Shown: positions 48,512-58,275, counted from the first letter of the stretch. The stretch is DNA of 64,000 nt from Candidatus Latescibacterota bacterium (GCA_965217585.1 OZ244561.1:3296001-3360000), one strand, 5' to 3'. Made by a program: numbers and translations. The notes: generated by a model from the sequence alone, not told the origin.

Positions 48512-49462
48512 ATGCGGACGTTGAGTATTCAGGGCTTACCTGATAAGAGAAGGCAGAAAGTCCTGGTCCATGATTGGCCTGAGCCGGAGGGACCAACCGG
48601 CAACGAAGTCAAAACCGAGACGATCTACTCCGGGATAACAAACGGCACGGAACGCAATCAACTGATTGGCGGCAACTACGCTCCCAAAGATGAACAACTG
48701 CCCACCGGTGGAGGCGGCTACCAAAATGTGGGACGGGTGATTGAGGTGGGGCCCGCTGTCAGCGAACTACAGATTGGGGATGTGCTGTATATGAGTGCCG
48801 TCCATGCAGAGTACGTCGTGATGCCAGAAGATGGCTTGCTCATCAAGCTGCCTGACTCGATCGACCGCAAGGAGGCGGCGCTTTTTGGGATGACCAGTGT
48901 CGCCATGCGCACCTGCCGTAACGCCGAGTTGCAGATGGGAGAACGGGTGTTGCTCGTGGGGGCTGGCATCATCGGCCAGGTCGCCGCACAGATTGCTACC
49001 AGCATGGGAGCGCGCATCACGCTTTGCGATATCAATGCCAACCGGCTGGAGATTGCTAGGCAGATTGGTGCGGCTGAAACCGTGCTGGATGTTGCAGGGG
49101 ACGGATGGGAAAAAGGGATCGCTGACGGGACGTTCGATGCGGTGATTGACTTTGCCGGCGTACCGGGCATGGAGGATCAGCTTATCAGTGCTGTGCGCCA
49201 GCGCGGCCGGGTTGTATTCATCGCTGGACGGGACGAAGTGACCTATACCTTTAACCTCGGTCAGGGACGCGAGATCCAGCTAAAACAAAACAGTCATTTT
49301 GATCGCGATGACCTGCAGAATCTGTGTCGTCTGGTCGATCGAGGGTTGGTGAAGATTGGGCCCTTAATCCGCGATGTCGTCCCGGTGAGCGAAGCCAAGC
49401 GCATCTATGACACACTGCGGGATCCACCCGATGAACTGTTGGGGACGGTGTTTGTATGGTAA
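48512..49462 (+). CDS. Medium-chain dehydrogenase/reductase
   Basis: YSGITNGTE, GYQNVGRVIEVG, GAGIIG; start at MRTLSIQG. Confidence 0.88.
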   Translation: MRTLSIQGLPDKRRQKVLVHDWPEPEGPTGNEVKTETIYSGITNGTERNQLIGGNYAPKDEQLPTGGGGYQNVGRVIEVGPAVSELQIGDVLYMSAVHAEYVVMPEDGLLIKLPDSIDRKEAALFGMTSVAMRTCRNAELQMGERVLLVGAGIIGQVAAQIATSMGARITLCDINANRLEIARQIGAAETVLDVAGDGWEKGIADGTFDAVIDFAGVPGMEDQLISAVRQRGRVVFIAGRDEVTYTFNLGQGREIQLKQNSHFDRDDLQNLCRLVDRGLVKIGPLIRDVVPVSEAKRIYDTLRDPPDELLGTVFVW

Positions 49463-49501
49463 GCGAATTCGGTTGCCTCGCCTCTGGAAATCCATGCCGT
49501 T

Positions 49502-49948
49502 ATGATTGACCCCCCTTCGCACGAGCCGACCGGTTACCGCTGCCCGTTCTGCGCAATAGCAGGCGGCGCGGAATCCGAGTTTACGGCGTGGCGCGACGAG
49601 CATGTTCTGGTGCAGATTGCGCTGCACTGGAACCCAGCCAACCCCGGCAAGGCGCTGGTGATCCCGCTGGCACACATTGAGAACATCTACACGCTGCCCG
49701 ACGAGCTGGCCGGCCGCATCGCCCACATGGTGCGCCGCGTGGCGGTCGCCATCCGCACCGGGTATCCCTGTGACGGCGTGACGGTGCGGCAAAACAACGA
49801 GCCGGCCGGTGGCCAGGACGTTTGGCATCTGCACACGCACGTGATCCCGCGGTACATCGGTGATGGGAGGTATCTGGGAGTGCCCGTGCGGGCCGATGAT
49901 CGAGATCGTGCGCGCTACGCGGATCGCCTGCGCGAGCTTCTCAGGTAG
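49502..49948 (+). CDS. HIT family nucleotide hydrolase
   Basis: CPFC, GQDVWHLHTHVIPR. Confidence 0.92.
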   Translation: MIDPPSHEPTGYRCPFCAIAGGAESEFTAWRDEHVLVQIALHWNPANPGKALVIPLAHIENIYTLPDELAGRIAHMVRRVAVAIRTGYPCDGVTVRQNNEPAGGQDVWHLHTHVIPRYIGDGRYLGVPVRADDRDRARYADRLRELLR

Positions 49949-50113
49949 GACGCTGGGTGAACTACCCTGGCCTCGGAGTGTCTGCGCATCATCGGTTCGC
50001 AGTGGCTTTCCTTCCTTCGGAGAGGAGTTGCCTAGGTTATTCGAAGAGTTTAACGTGAAGTTGGTGTCGCAGCGTCGCAAAACGCCGTTGCCCATAGAAA
50101 AGGAGCATGACCG

Positions 50114-50314
50114 ATGTCAACCATATCGGAGATTCAGCAGGCGATCATAAGCCTTTCTAAATCCGACTACGCTCAACTGAGGCGCTGGCTCAATGAATAC
50201 GACTGGAAAGAGTGGGATCAGCAAATCGAAGCGGATTCGGACGACGGAAAGCTGGACTTCCTAGTTGATCAGGCCACGGAAGCCAAACGACAAGGCACGC
50301 TGGAAGACCTGTAG
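50114..50314 (+). CDS. Putative antitoxin
   Basis: 66 aa acidic protein, WDQQIEAD..GKLDFL; overlaps the toxin start. Confidence 0.75.
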   Translation: MSTISEIQQAIISLSKSDYAQLRRWLNEYDWKEWDQQIEADSDDGKLDFLVDQATEAKRQGTLEDL

Positions 50315-50568
50315 TGCATAGGACGACGCCCGCCTTCTGGTCACATTTCGAACGGCTGCCCGAAGCAGCCCAGAGAGTCGCAAGACGCAATTTCGAACGT
50401 CTCAAGGAGAATCCAAGACACGCCTCACTGCGATTCAAGAAAGTCGGCAGATTCTGGTCAGTCCGGGTCGGGCGTTCCTATCGTGCCCTCGCCGTTGAAG
50501 ATGGAGACGATTTTATATGGGTATGGATTGGCAGTCATGCCGACTACGATAGGATAGTTGGTCTGTAA
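50314..50568 (+). CDS. RelE/ParE-like toxin
   Basis: FW..FERLP, NPRHASLRFKKVG..WSVRVG..YRAL, WIGSHADYD. Confidence 0.85.
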   Translation: MHRTTPAFWSHFERLPEAAQRVARRNFERLKENPRHASLRFKKVGRFWSVRVGRSYRALAVEDGDDFIWVWIGSHADYDRIVGL

Positions 50569-50577
50569 GGACTATTC

Positions 50578-51838
50578 CAGGGCAATCGCACCAAAAATTG
50601 AGATTTGTCATAGGGTTATGTTATATTTTCTGTGTCTTTTTCGATAGCGCTGGTGCGCTGCTTCTCTCCCCTTCTCTTGGAACGTTTCCCCATGGCACCT
50701 TCGGCTGATTCACTGATTGAACATTTTTCCCAGGTACCCGATCCCCGTATCGAGCGCAGCCAAAGGCATCGTCTCATCGATATTGTGGTCATTGCCGTGT
50801 GTGGCGCGATCTGCGGGGCCGACAACTGGGTGCATATCGCTGAGTTTGGGCGATCCAAATACGACTGGCTAAAAACCTTTCTGGCGTTGCCCAATGGCAT
50901 TCCTTCCCATGACACCTTCGGCCGCGTCTTCGCCCGGATCTCGCCCGAGCATTTCCAGGACTGTTTCAGTGCTTGGGTCCAATCCCTCCTCCCCAAGCTT
51001 GAGGAAGAGATTGTGCCTATTGATGGCAAAACGTTGCGCCACTCTTATGACCGAACCTCGGGTAAAGCAGCCGTACATATGGTCAATGCCTGGGCGGTGA
51101 AAAACCGACTGGTGTTAGGCCAGTTCCACTGTGAAGGCGGTCTGGACGAGATCACCCTCATTCCCGAACTGCTGCGTGTGCTGGCGCTCAAAGGCTGCAT
51201 CGTCACCGTCGATGCCATCGGCTGCCACAAAAGCGTGGCCGAACAGGTCATCGACCGGCAAGGCGACTACGTACTGGCCGTCAAGGCTAATCAGCCCAAG
51301 CTGTTGCATCATCTGCGTCAGGTCTTCGACCGAGGGGAGCCTCAACTGCATCAGGATCTATCGGTCGACATGTTTGAGACCTACGATGAAAACCACGGCC
51401 GCATTGAGACCCGCCGGTACTGGACCACCGATCAGGTCGACGCTTTTGCCGATGGGACCGCTTGGAAGGGCTTAGGCTTGTTCGGTATGGTTGAAGCCCA
51501 GCGACAGGTAGGCGATCAAGTCTCCGTGGAACGACGCTACTATATCTCCAGCCTGGACAACGATGCCCAGCGGTTTGGTGAAGCGGTGCGTAGTCATTGG
51601 AGCATTGAAAATTCCTTGCACTGGATACTGGATGTGGTCTTCCGTGAAGATGACTCACGGGTACGCACCGGCCATGCCCCGGAAAATATGGCCCTCCTGC
51701 GACAGATTGCCGTGAGTCTGCTCCAGCAAGAGAAGACGGCCAAGGTCGGCGTCCAGACCAAACGGCTCAAGGCCGGATGGGATAACACCTATTTGGCTAA
51801 AGTATTGTCCGCTGGGCACTTTTGATGCGATTGCCCTG
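50578..51838 (+). mobile_element. ISAs1 family element
   Basis: TIR CAGGGCAATCGCA.CAAAA / TTTTGATGCGATTGCCCTG; 9-bp TSD GGACTATTC at 50569-50577 and 51839-51847. Confidence 0.95.
50692..51825 (+). CDS. ISAs1 (H-repeat) transposase
   Basis: DPR, GIPSHDTF, IDGKTLR, TVDAIGC, VKANQ, HGRIETR, HWSIENSLHWILDVVFRED. Confidence 0.95.
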   Translation: MAPSADSLIEHFSQVPDPRIERSQRHRLIDIVVIAVCGAICGADNWVHIAEFGRSKYDWLKTFLALPNGIPSHDTFGRVFARISPEHFQDCFSAWVQSLLPKLEEEIVPIDGKTLRHSYDRTSGKAAVHMVNAWAVKNRLVLGQFHCEGGLDEITLIPELLRVLALKGCIVTVDAIGCHKSVAEQVIDRQGDYVLAVKANQPKLLHHLRQVFDRGEPQLHQDLSVDMFETYDENHGRIETRRYWTTDQVDAFADGTAWKGLGLFGMVEAQRQVGDQVSVERRYYISSLDNDAQRFGEAVRSHWSIENSLHWILDVVFREDDSRVRTGHAPENMALLRQIAVSLLQQEKTAKVGVQTKRLKAGWDNTYLAKVLSAGHF

Positions 51839-51997
51839 GGACTATTCATGTATCGAGGGATCTGCAAACGCTTTTTATGGAGCTGGCCTGACCCTTGTTC
51901 GGGCTCAGCGCCCTGACTGAGAATCCCAAAAGGGCCTTTATACCCCCACGTAGGATTGGGACTGTTTCAACATCGACAAATGCACAGGAGGCTTTAG

Positions 51998-54008
51998 ATG
52001 TCCACAATCGAACAAAGTCTTGAATTACTCACCTTGAAGAAGGTTTTCGCTGAGGGGGAAAGGTCATTTATAATTCCTGACTATCAACGCGGATACTCTT
52101 GGGAGCAGGACCAACGCAAGGACTTACTCAAGGATATAGAATATGGAATGAGCGGTGACTACAGCCACTATACTGGCACATTGGTTGCAGTCAAAAAATG
52201 CTCAATCCGAGATAATGATCGCTTCGAAATAGTAGATGGCCAACAGCGACTGACAACTCTGATAATCCTCTTGTCCTGCATCGCTCATGCCTTTAAACGA
52301 ATGAACACTGCGGTACCAGAGGATTTGAGGCGTTGCTTTATTGAAGAAGGGAGCGAGCGAGGATCAACCCTTCGCAATTCACCTTATCAGATGATCAGGA
52401 TTCCCTTTTCTGGCAGAAGGTCAACGAGCCCGACGCCAGTGGAACAGTTGAAAACAAGGGGGATCAAAACATTGTTGACGCATTTGACCAGTTTAAGAGA
52501 TGGTTAGAACTTGAAAATGAAACATCCCTTTATGAAATCTATGAATATGTTACGAGTAGCCTCGGATTCCTAATGTATGCCCCTGATGACACTAAAGAAA
52601 TAGGCATCATGTTCGAAGTTATCAATAACCGAGGTAAACCACTGAGTGAATTGGAAAAAGTTAAAAACCATCTTATGTATTATTCGGAAAAGAATGACAT
52701 TCAGGATTTAAAAACGGTCGTGAAGGACAAGTGGTCAAATATATTATTGAGGACTGCATAGCTAAAGGAATACGGTCTGGGACGAAGCAAGAGTGAGACG
52801 CCATTCCATTAGAAATGCAGAGATCAATAAGACACCTTAATGGCTGTAATCACACATCCAACGATGACGAAAATGGATTCCTCCGCAACTGCTGGATCGT
52901 ATTTCAGGACACTAATAAAAGCAAAAGCTTCTATGTATATGATAACCTGAAAGACCAGTTCCCCACCATCGAGGTCAACAATTGGGAGCGTCTCAGGGAG
53001 TTCGTCGCATTCCTCGAAGAATCAGCGCATACTTATCGGAAGCTTTATACAAGAGAAGATGTAACACATCAAGAAGAAAATGAATGCCTGACTCGTCTTG
53101 GAAATCAACCTGTATTGGCATCAGTGTTACCATTGATTCTTGTAATACTTAACCGCGAGACTGAAACCTCTACTAGAGTGACTTTATTGCAACTGATTGA
53201 AAAACTCAACTTTCGATTCTATGGGACAGGCATTGCCTCCCGGACTGATTCCGGACAGGGGGAACTTTTTGATTTGGCTCACAATTTCTATAACCATCAC
53301 TCAAAAACTCGTGAAGATGGTGTATTGGTCAATGCATCATGGCTTGAAGAAAATTTACGCAAATTTGTGGCAGATAATGCCAATGATCAAAAACTGATCA
53401 AACATCTGACATTGGATAAAGATGAATCAGGAGACTACTATTCTTGGTCATGGCTGAAATATTTTCTAGCAAGTTATGAGGGGCAATTGGAACGCAATGT
53501 GAAGCGTTCTGAAACATTAGGGAGAAAACTGGCTAAGAGAGACCCCCAAAATCCCAATGACTTTTATCATCTAGAACACATTTGGGCGGTTGGCGATTAT
53601 GAAAAAATTGATGATACATATAATCGTGACATAAATAAAAGGCGTCTTGGAAATTTTATATTGCTCAGAGAATCTCGAAACATAAGTATTTCAAACAAAC
53701 CACCTGAGGAAAAAGTTGAGGAATACCTTGAAAATTTAAAAGACACTCCAGATACATTGATGATTCGAGAATTGAAAGATTTATTCGATAAAGCGAGAGA
53801 AGAGATAGACAACAGACGAAGGAATAAGACATGGAGATATTGGTACGAAGTCTATGAAAGATTTCTCGATCTACACGAGGGAAAATACGTGAATTTTGCG
53901 CTAGATAGATGGCGGGTTGACGGTATTATTAAACCAGTGAAAGAGGTTGCTCTTAACAGTCTCTCAGACAGAAATGAAATTTATGAACTGAAATACGAAA
54001 ATATCTAG
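51998..54008 (+). pseudogene. GmrSD/SspE-like DUF262 + DUF1524 (HNH) restriction protein, disrupted twice
   Basis: IPDYQRGYSW, IVDGQQRLTT, FEVINNRGKPLS, LEHIW...RLGNFILL; 1-bp deletion near 52376 and MITE at 52747; AT-rich. Confidence 0.88.
52747..52827. mobile_element. 81-bp MITE with TA target duplication (IS630/Tc1-mariner-like)
   Basis: Ends TTGAGGACTGCAT / ATGCAGAGATCAA; TA at 52745-52746 and 52828-52829; removal restores ...WSNIL-RHLNG... in frame. Confidence 0.8.
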
Positions 54009-54226
54009 GATTGACCCTGATAGGTGCCGACGGGTAACCAAGCTGTACTGGGAGCTTTGTCGAAGAATCTGCAAACGATCTTCTCGGCTAACCTTTGCCT
54101 GTGCTTAGTGTCTTGACAAAGAACCTCAAAAGGATCCTTATTTTATCTATACTTTCGGTTGCGACGCCAGCGCTAGACAGGCGACTTGGTTAAGCAGCCC
54201 GCAACCAATAATAGTTAGGGGAGAGC

Positions 54227-57200
54227 GTGGCGGTTAAGGCCATCTTCGTCGGCATCAATCAACACCAGCATGCCGAGATTCCGGAGCTGAACGGTGCCCG
54301 GCGTGACGCGACGGCGTTGTGGGCATTGTTTACTGATACTATTGAAGAATTAGCGGCGAGACTGCTGGTTGATGAAGATGCGACCTATGTCGGGGTCTCG
54401 GACGCCATTCTTGGGATCCTGTCAACAGCGGAACACGATGACGTAATCGTTATCAGTTTCGCAGGTCATGGCTCACCAGACGGCAGTCTGGTGCTGTTCG
54501 ATACCGATGTGGCCGATCTCTCGGGCACAGCCCTGCCGATGGCAAAGTTGGCCGACGCGTTTAAGGCGACCAAAGCCCGTGCGGTTCTATGCATTCTTGA
54601 TTGCTGTTTCAGTGGCCAGGCCCCGGCACGTGTGCTTGAAACCGCATCAGTTCCGCGAAACGCCCTTGCGCTCGCGGACATCTACGGGGAGGGACGCATT
54701 CTGCTCGCGGCATGCGCCCCCAGTGAATCAGCGTGGGAACAGCCAGGCACCGGCCATGGGCTACTCACCTATGCCGCAATAGAAGCCCTAACCAAGGCTG
54801 AGGGAGAGTCGGTGAGCTTTCCCGAGATCGCCGGCGAGATCATCCAGTTGACACGCACCGAGGCGGATCGGATCGGTGTGACCCAAACGCCGGTCTTCTT
54901 GGGAAGCGTGCAAGGCGGCCTGACCTTTCCCGTGCTCAAGCGCGGCGACAACTTCGCTGCGGCGTTTCCCGCGGTCGCGATCCACAAGATGACGGGAACA
55001 TTTGCGGAGTTCGCAAACCACGGGCTTCCCCCGGAAATCGTCGAGCAGTGGACGGCAAATTTTCCGCAGGGGCTCAACGAACTGCAACTCACAGCGGTCA
55101 ACGAGCACGGAGTACTCGAAGGCAAGTCATTGCTCGTCGTCGCACCGACAAGCTCAGGCAAGACGTTGATCGGCGAGTTGGCCGCGGTCCAGGCGGTCAC
55201 GGCCGGAAAGAAAGCGGCTTTCCTCTTGCCGTACCGCGCGTTAGTCAACGAGAAGTTCGATGATTTTAGCCAGCGTTACGGCCCGGCAGGGGTGAGGGTT
55301 GCCCGGTGCAGCGGCGACGCGACGGATGGTATCGGTCCGGTGCTATGCGGTCGCTACGATCTCGGCTTCTTCACATACGAGACCTTCCTCAACTTAGCGC
55401 TCGGCTCGCCACGCCTGCTGAACCAATTGGGCTTGGTGGTGCTCGACGAGGGGCAATTCATCACCGATCCGCATCGCGGAATCACCGTGGAGCTTATCCT
55501 CGCGCTGCTGCTAAGGGCGCGCCAGCAGGGTATCCAACCCCAACTCATGGTGTTATCAGCCGTCATCGGCAACCTCAACAACTTTGATCACTGGCTCGCC
55601 TTGCCAGTGCTGAGGTCGCACAAGCGGCCCGTACCGTTGATCGAAGGCGTGCTGGATCGCTGGGGCAAGTTCCAATTTGTCGATGTGGACGGCGCGACGA
55701 AGACGGAGGAGTTGCTGCCGACACACCAAATCGTGCAACGCCGAGACGAGCCGAGTTCGCAGGACGTGATCGTGCCGTTGGCGAAGCACTTGGTCGCGAA
55801 TGGAGAGAAGTTGCTAATCTTCCGCAACATGCGGGGCACCACCCAGGGGTGCGCCCGGTATTTGTCAAAAGAGCTGGGGCTCGGTCCCGCTACCGTAGTT
55901 ATCGACGATCTACCGAACCAGGATTTGACGGGAGCCTCGCAAAACTTACGCGAGTGCCTGCTCGGCGGAACGGCGTTTCACAACACGAATCTCTTGCGCG
56001 CTGAGCGTGAAGCGATTGAAAAGGGCTTCCGCAACTCTGCTGGTGGGATTCACGCCTTGGCCGCCACCACGACCTTGGCTGCCGGCATCAATACGCCTTC
56101 ATCCACCGTAGTCCTCGCGGAAAACGAGTTCGTGGGGGAGGACGGGCGTCCCTTCACTATCGCAGAGTACAAGAACATGGCCGGACGTGCCGGGCGCCTT
56201 GGCTACAACGAAATCGGCAAGGCCATTATCCTCGCCGATACGCCGTTCGAGCGAGCCCAGCTTTTCCACAAATATGTGTTGGGAACGCCAGAACCTGTCG
56301 CCTCATCGTTCCAGCAGAGCGATCTTCCGACCTGGACACTACGTCTGCTGAGCCAGGTGCGTCGCGTGCAGACTAGCGAAATTCCTAGCCTCTTAGTTAA
56401 CACGTTCGGTGGATACTCGGCCTCTCGGTCCAATCCCCAGTGGGTCCGGTTGGTAAAGGCCGAGGTGTCGGCGTTCGTCGCGCGGCTACTGAAGGCCGGA
56501 CTGGCGGAGCAAGAGGGCGACCTCATCTATTTGACCTTGCTCGGGCGGGCCTGCGGGTCTTCGTCGCTATCGTTCGAGTCGAGCCTGCGGCTGATCGAGC
56601 TAATGAAGGAATTGAACGCCGCACAAGCTCCTCCTGTTCACATGCTTGGATTCATCCAGGTTCTCGACGAGATGGACGCTATCTATACACCTGTGATGAA
56701 GAGGGGCCAGTCCGAGAGCGTTCGCGCGAGCGATGTGGCGCAGCGCTTCGGCCATCAAATGACTCAGATACTACAGCGTTACTGTCGGGATTACTTCGAG
56801 TACTATTCGCGATGCAAACGCGCGTCGCTTCTGTATGACTGGATTAAGGGTACGCCTGTCGAAGTCATTGAGAAGCAATTCTCAACAACGCCTTTCCAGG
56901 GAGCGATTGGCTACGGCAACATCATTGGCATTGCTGATGGTGCACGATTTCACCTTCGCTCCGCGCATCAGATCCTTTCGACCTTGTTCCCGGAAGAACA
57001 GGAGTTTCTTGCGGCGGTGGACGAATTACTGCTGCGACTTGAATTCGGATTACCTGTGGCCGCGATTCCCCTTACCGCCCTGCCCTTGGCATTAAGCAGG
57101 GGACAATACTTGGCCCTCTTTGCGGCAGGCTGCTCGACAGCCGATGAGGTGAACGAGCTTGAGATGGACACGCTCACCGAATGCGTCGGTGCAAATGTCG

Positions 57201-57232
57201 CGTCCTTACTTCGACCGGAGCAGCAAGATTAG
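54227..57232 (+). CDS. Caspase-like (peptidase C14) protease fused to a Ski2/Hel308-like SF2 helicase
   Basis: FVGIN, FAGHG (His), ILDCCFSG (Cys); APTSSGKT, PYRALVNE, DEGQ, LSAV, TTTLAAGINTP, NMAGRAGR, LTLLG winged helix. Confidence 0.92.
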   Translation: MAVKAIFVGINQHQHAEIPELNGARRDATALWALFTDTIEELAARLLVDEDATYVGVSDAILGILSTAEHDDVIVISFAGHGSPDGSLVLFDTDVADLSGTALPMAKLADAFKATKARAVLCILDCCFSGQAPARVLETASVPRNALALADIYGEGRILLAACAPSESAWEQPGTGHGLLTYAAIEALTKAEGESVSFPEIAGEIIQLTRTEADRIGVTQTPVFLGSVQGGLTFPVLKRGDNFAAAFPAVAIHKMTGTFAEFANHGLPPEIVEQWTANFPQGLNELQLTAVNEHGVLEGKSLLVVAPTSSGKTLIGELAAVQAVTAGKKAAFLLPYRALVNEKFDDFSQRYGPAGVRVARCSGDATDGIGPVLCGRYDLGFFTYETFLNLALGSPRLLNQLGLVVLDEGQFITDPHRGITVELILALLLRARQQGIQPQLMVLSAVIGNLNNFDHWLALPVLRSHKRPVPLIEGVLDRWGKFQFVDVDGATKTEELLPTHQIVQRRDEPSSQDVIVPLAKHLVANGEKLLIFRNMRGTTQGCARYLSKELGLGPATVVIDDLPNQDLTGASQNLRECLLGGTAFHNTNLLRAEREAIEKGFRNSAGGIHALAATTTLAAGINTPSSTVVLAENEFVGEDGRPFTIAEYKNMAGRAGRLGYNEIGKAIILADTPFERAQLFHKYVLGTPEPVASSFQQSDLPTWTLRLLSQVRRVQTSEIPSLLVNTFGGYSASRSNPQWVRLVKAEVSAFVARLLKAGLAEQEGDLIYLTLLGRACGSSSLSFESSLRLIELMKELNAAQAPPVHMLGFIQVLDEMDAIYTPVMKRGQSESVRASDVAQRFGHQMTQILQRYCRDYFEYYSRCKRASLLYDWIKGTPVEVIEKQFSTTPFQGAIGYGNIIGIADGARFHLRSAHQILSTLFPEEQEFLAAVDELLLRLEFGLPVAAIPLTALPLALSRGQYLALFAAGCSTADEVNELEMDTLTECVGANVASLLRPEQQD

Positions 57233-57406
57233 GATGCTCATGAGTCCTTGACTCAGGCACGCCTCCTTTGCGCAAGCCCCGGCACCGCCGGGAGGAGAAA
57301 CGAACCCGTGACTCCGCCATGGTTTTATCTTCTTCCACGGCGCTGAGCGGACCGACGGCGATCTGGATAGGGTCAGATGCCGGTCCGCCCCTATCTATCA
57401 GACTAA

Positions 57407-58275
57407 GAAGCTGTTGAGTTATTCAGATGCATTTAGCGACCGTACTCTTTATCATGGCAATACGAATCATGTTCTCTGCGGATTGGGTGAGGATTTCGAA
57501 GTCTTTCGCCAAGCGTCGAAATCCACCCAACCAAGCCAAGGTTCGTTCGATGATCCAGCGTTTGGGCACCACTTGGAACCCTTGGGTTGGTTTATCCGCT
57601 ATATCGAGTCGCAACCCCAACAGGTTTTCAACGAATTCAACGGTGGTACCGCGATAGCCTTGGTCGCCGCAGAAGGCTTCGACCGAATCATACTTTTCCG
57701 CGACCCGATCACATACGTCCCATCCTTGGCTGGTATCGGCCACATGGGCGGCATGTACTTGGATGGTCAGCATATTACCCAGCGTATCGGTGGCGAGGTG
57801 GCGTTTACGTCCTTTGATCTTTTTTCCCCCCATCCACGCCTCGATCCTGACTGGCATATTGGGTTTTAACCGATTGCGAATCGATCAAGGCATAGGTCGG
57901 ATGTTCGTTTTTGCCCTGCTTGTGACGGGCGCGCTCATTCAGCGCGTCCAAGGCTTGTTCCCACACGCCACGCTGATTCCAGCGTCGGTAATGGTCATAG
58001 ACGGTATCCCAAGGGGAAAATCAAGCGGCAGCATCCGCCACGGAATACCCCCTTTGACGACATATAAAATGGCATTGACCACCTCGCGTTTGGCATACTT
58101 GCCGGGGTTGCCCCGGGGATCAGGACGGTCGAAAAACCCCGCGATCAGGGCCCATTCTGGATCAGTCAAGTCACTTGGATACCCGCCCATACTAAAAGCC
58201 TCCCTGCGCAAAAAAGACAGCAAGCAATACATTATACATACAATACATACAGAGCTTTTTTAACTCAACAGCTTC
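57407..58275 (-). mobile_element. IS5 family (IS1031-like) element, copy 2, transposase frameshifted
   Basis: Same 15-bp TIRs as copy 1; TAA TSD at 57404-57406 and 58276-58278; orfA from ATG 58190 shifts frame at DFP (about 58012). Confidence 0.92.

Noticed and set aside
49364-50095. 243-aa minus-strand ORF
   Set aside because: Antisense to the well-supported HIT gene
54227-57232. Calling the locus Hachiman or a gasdermin system
   Set aside because: No HamA/DUF1837-like or gasdermin-like ORF is adjacent; only the domain analogy holds
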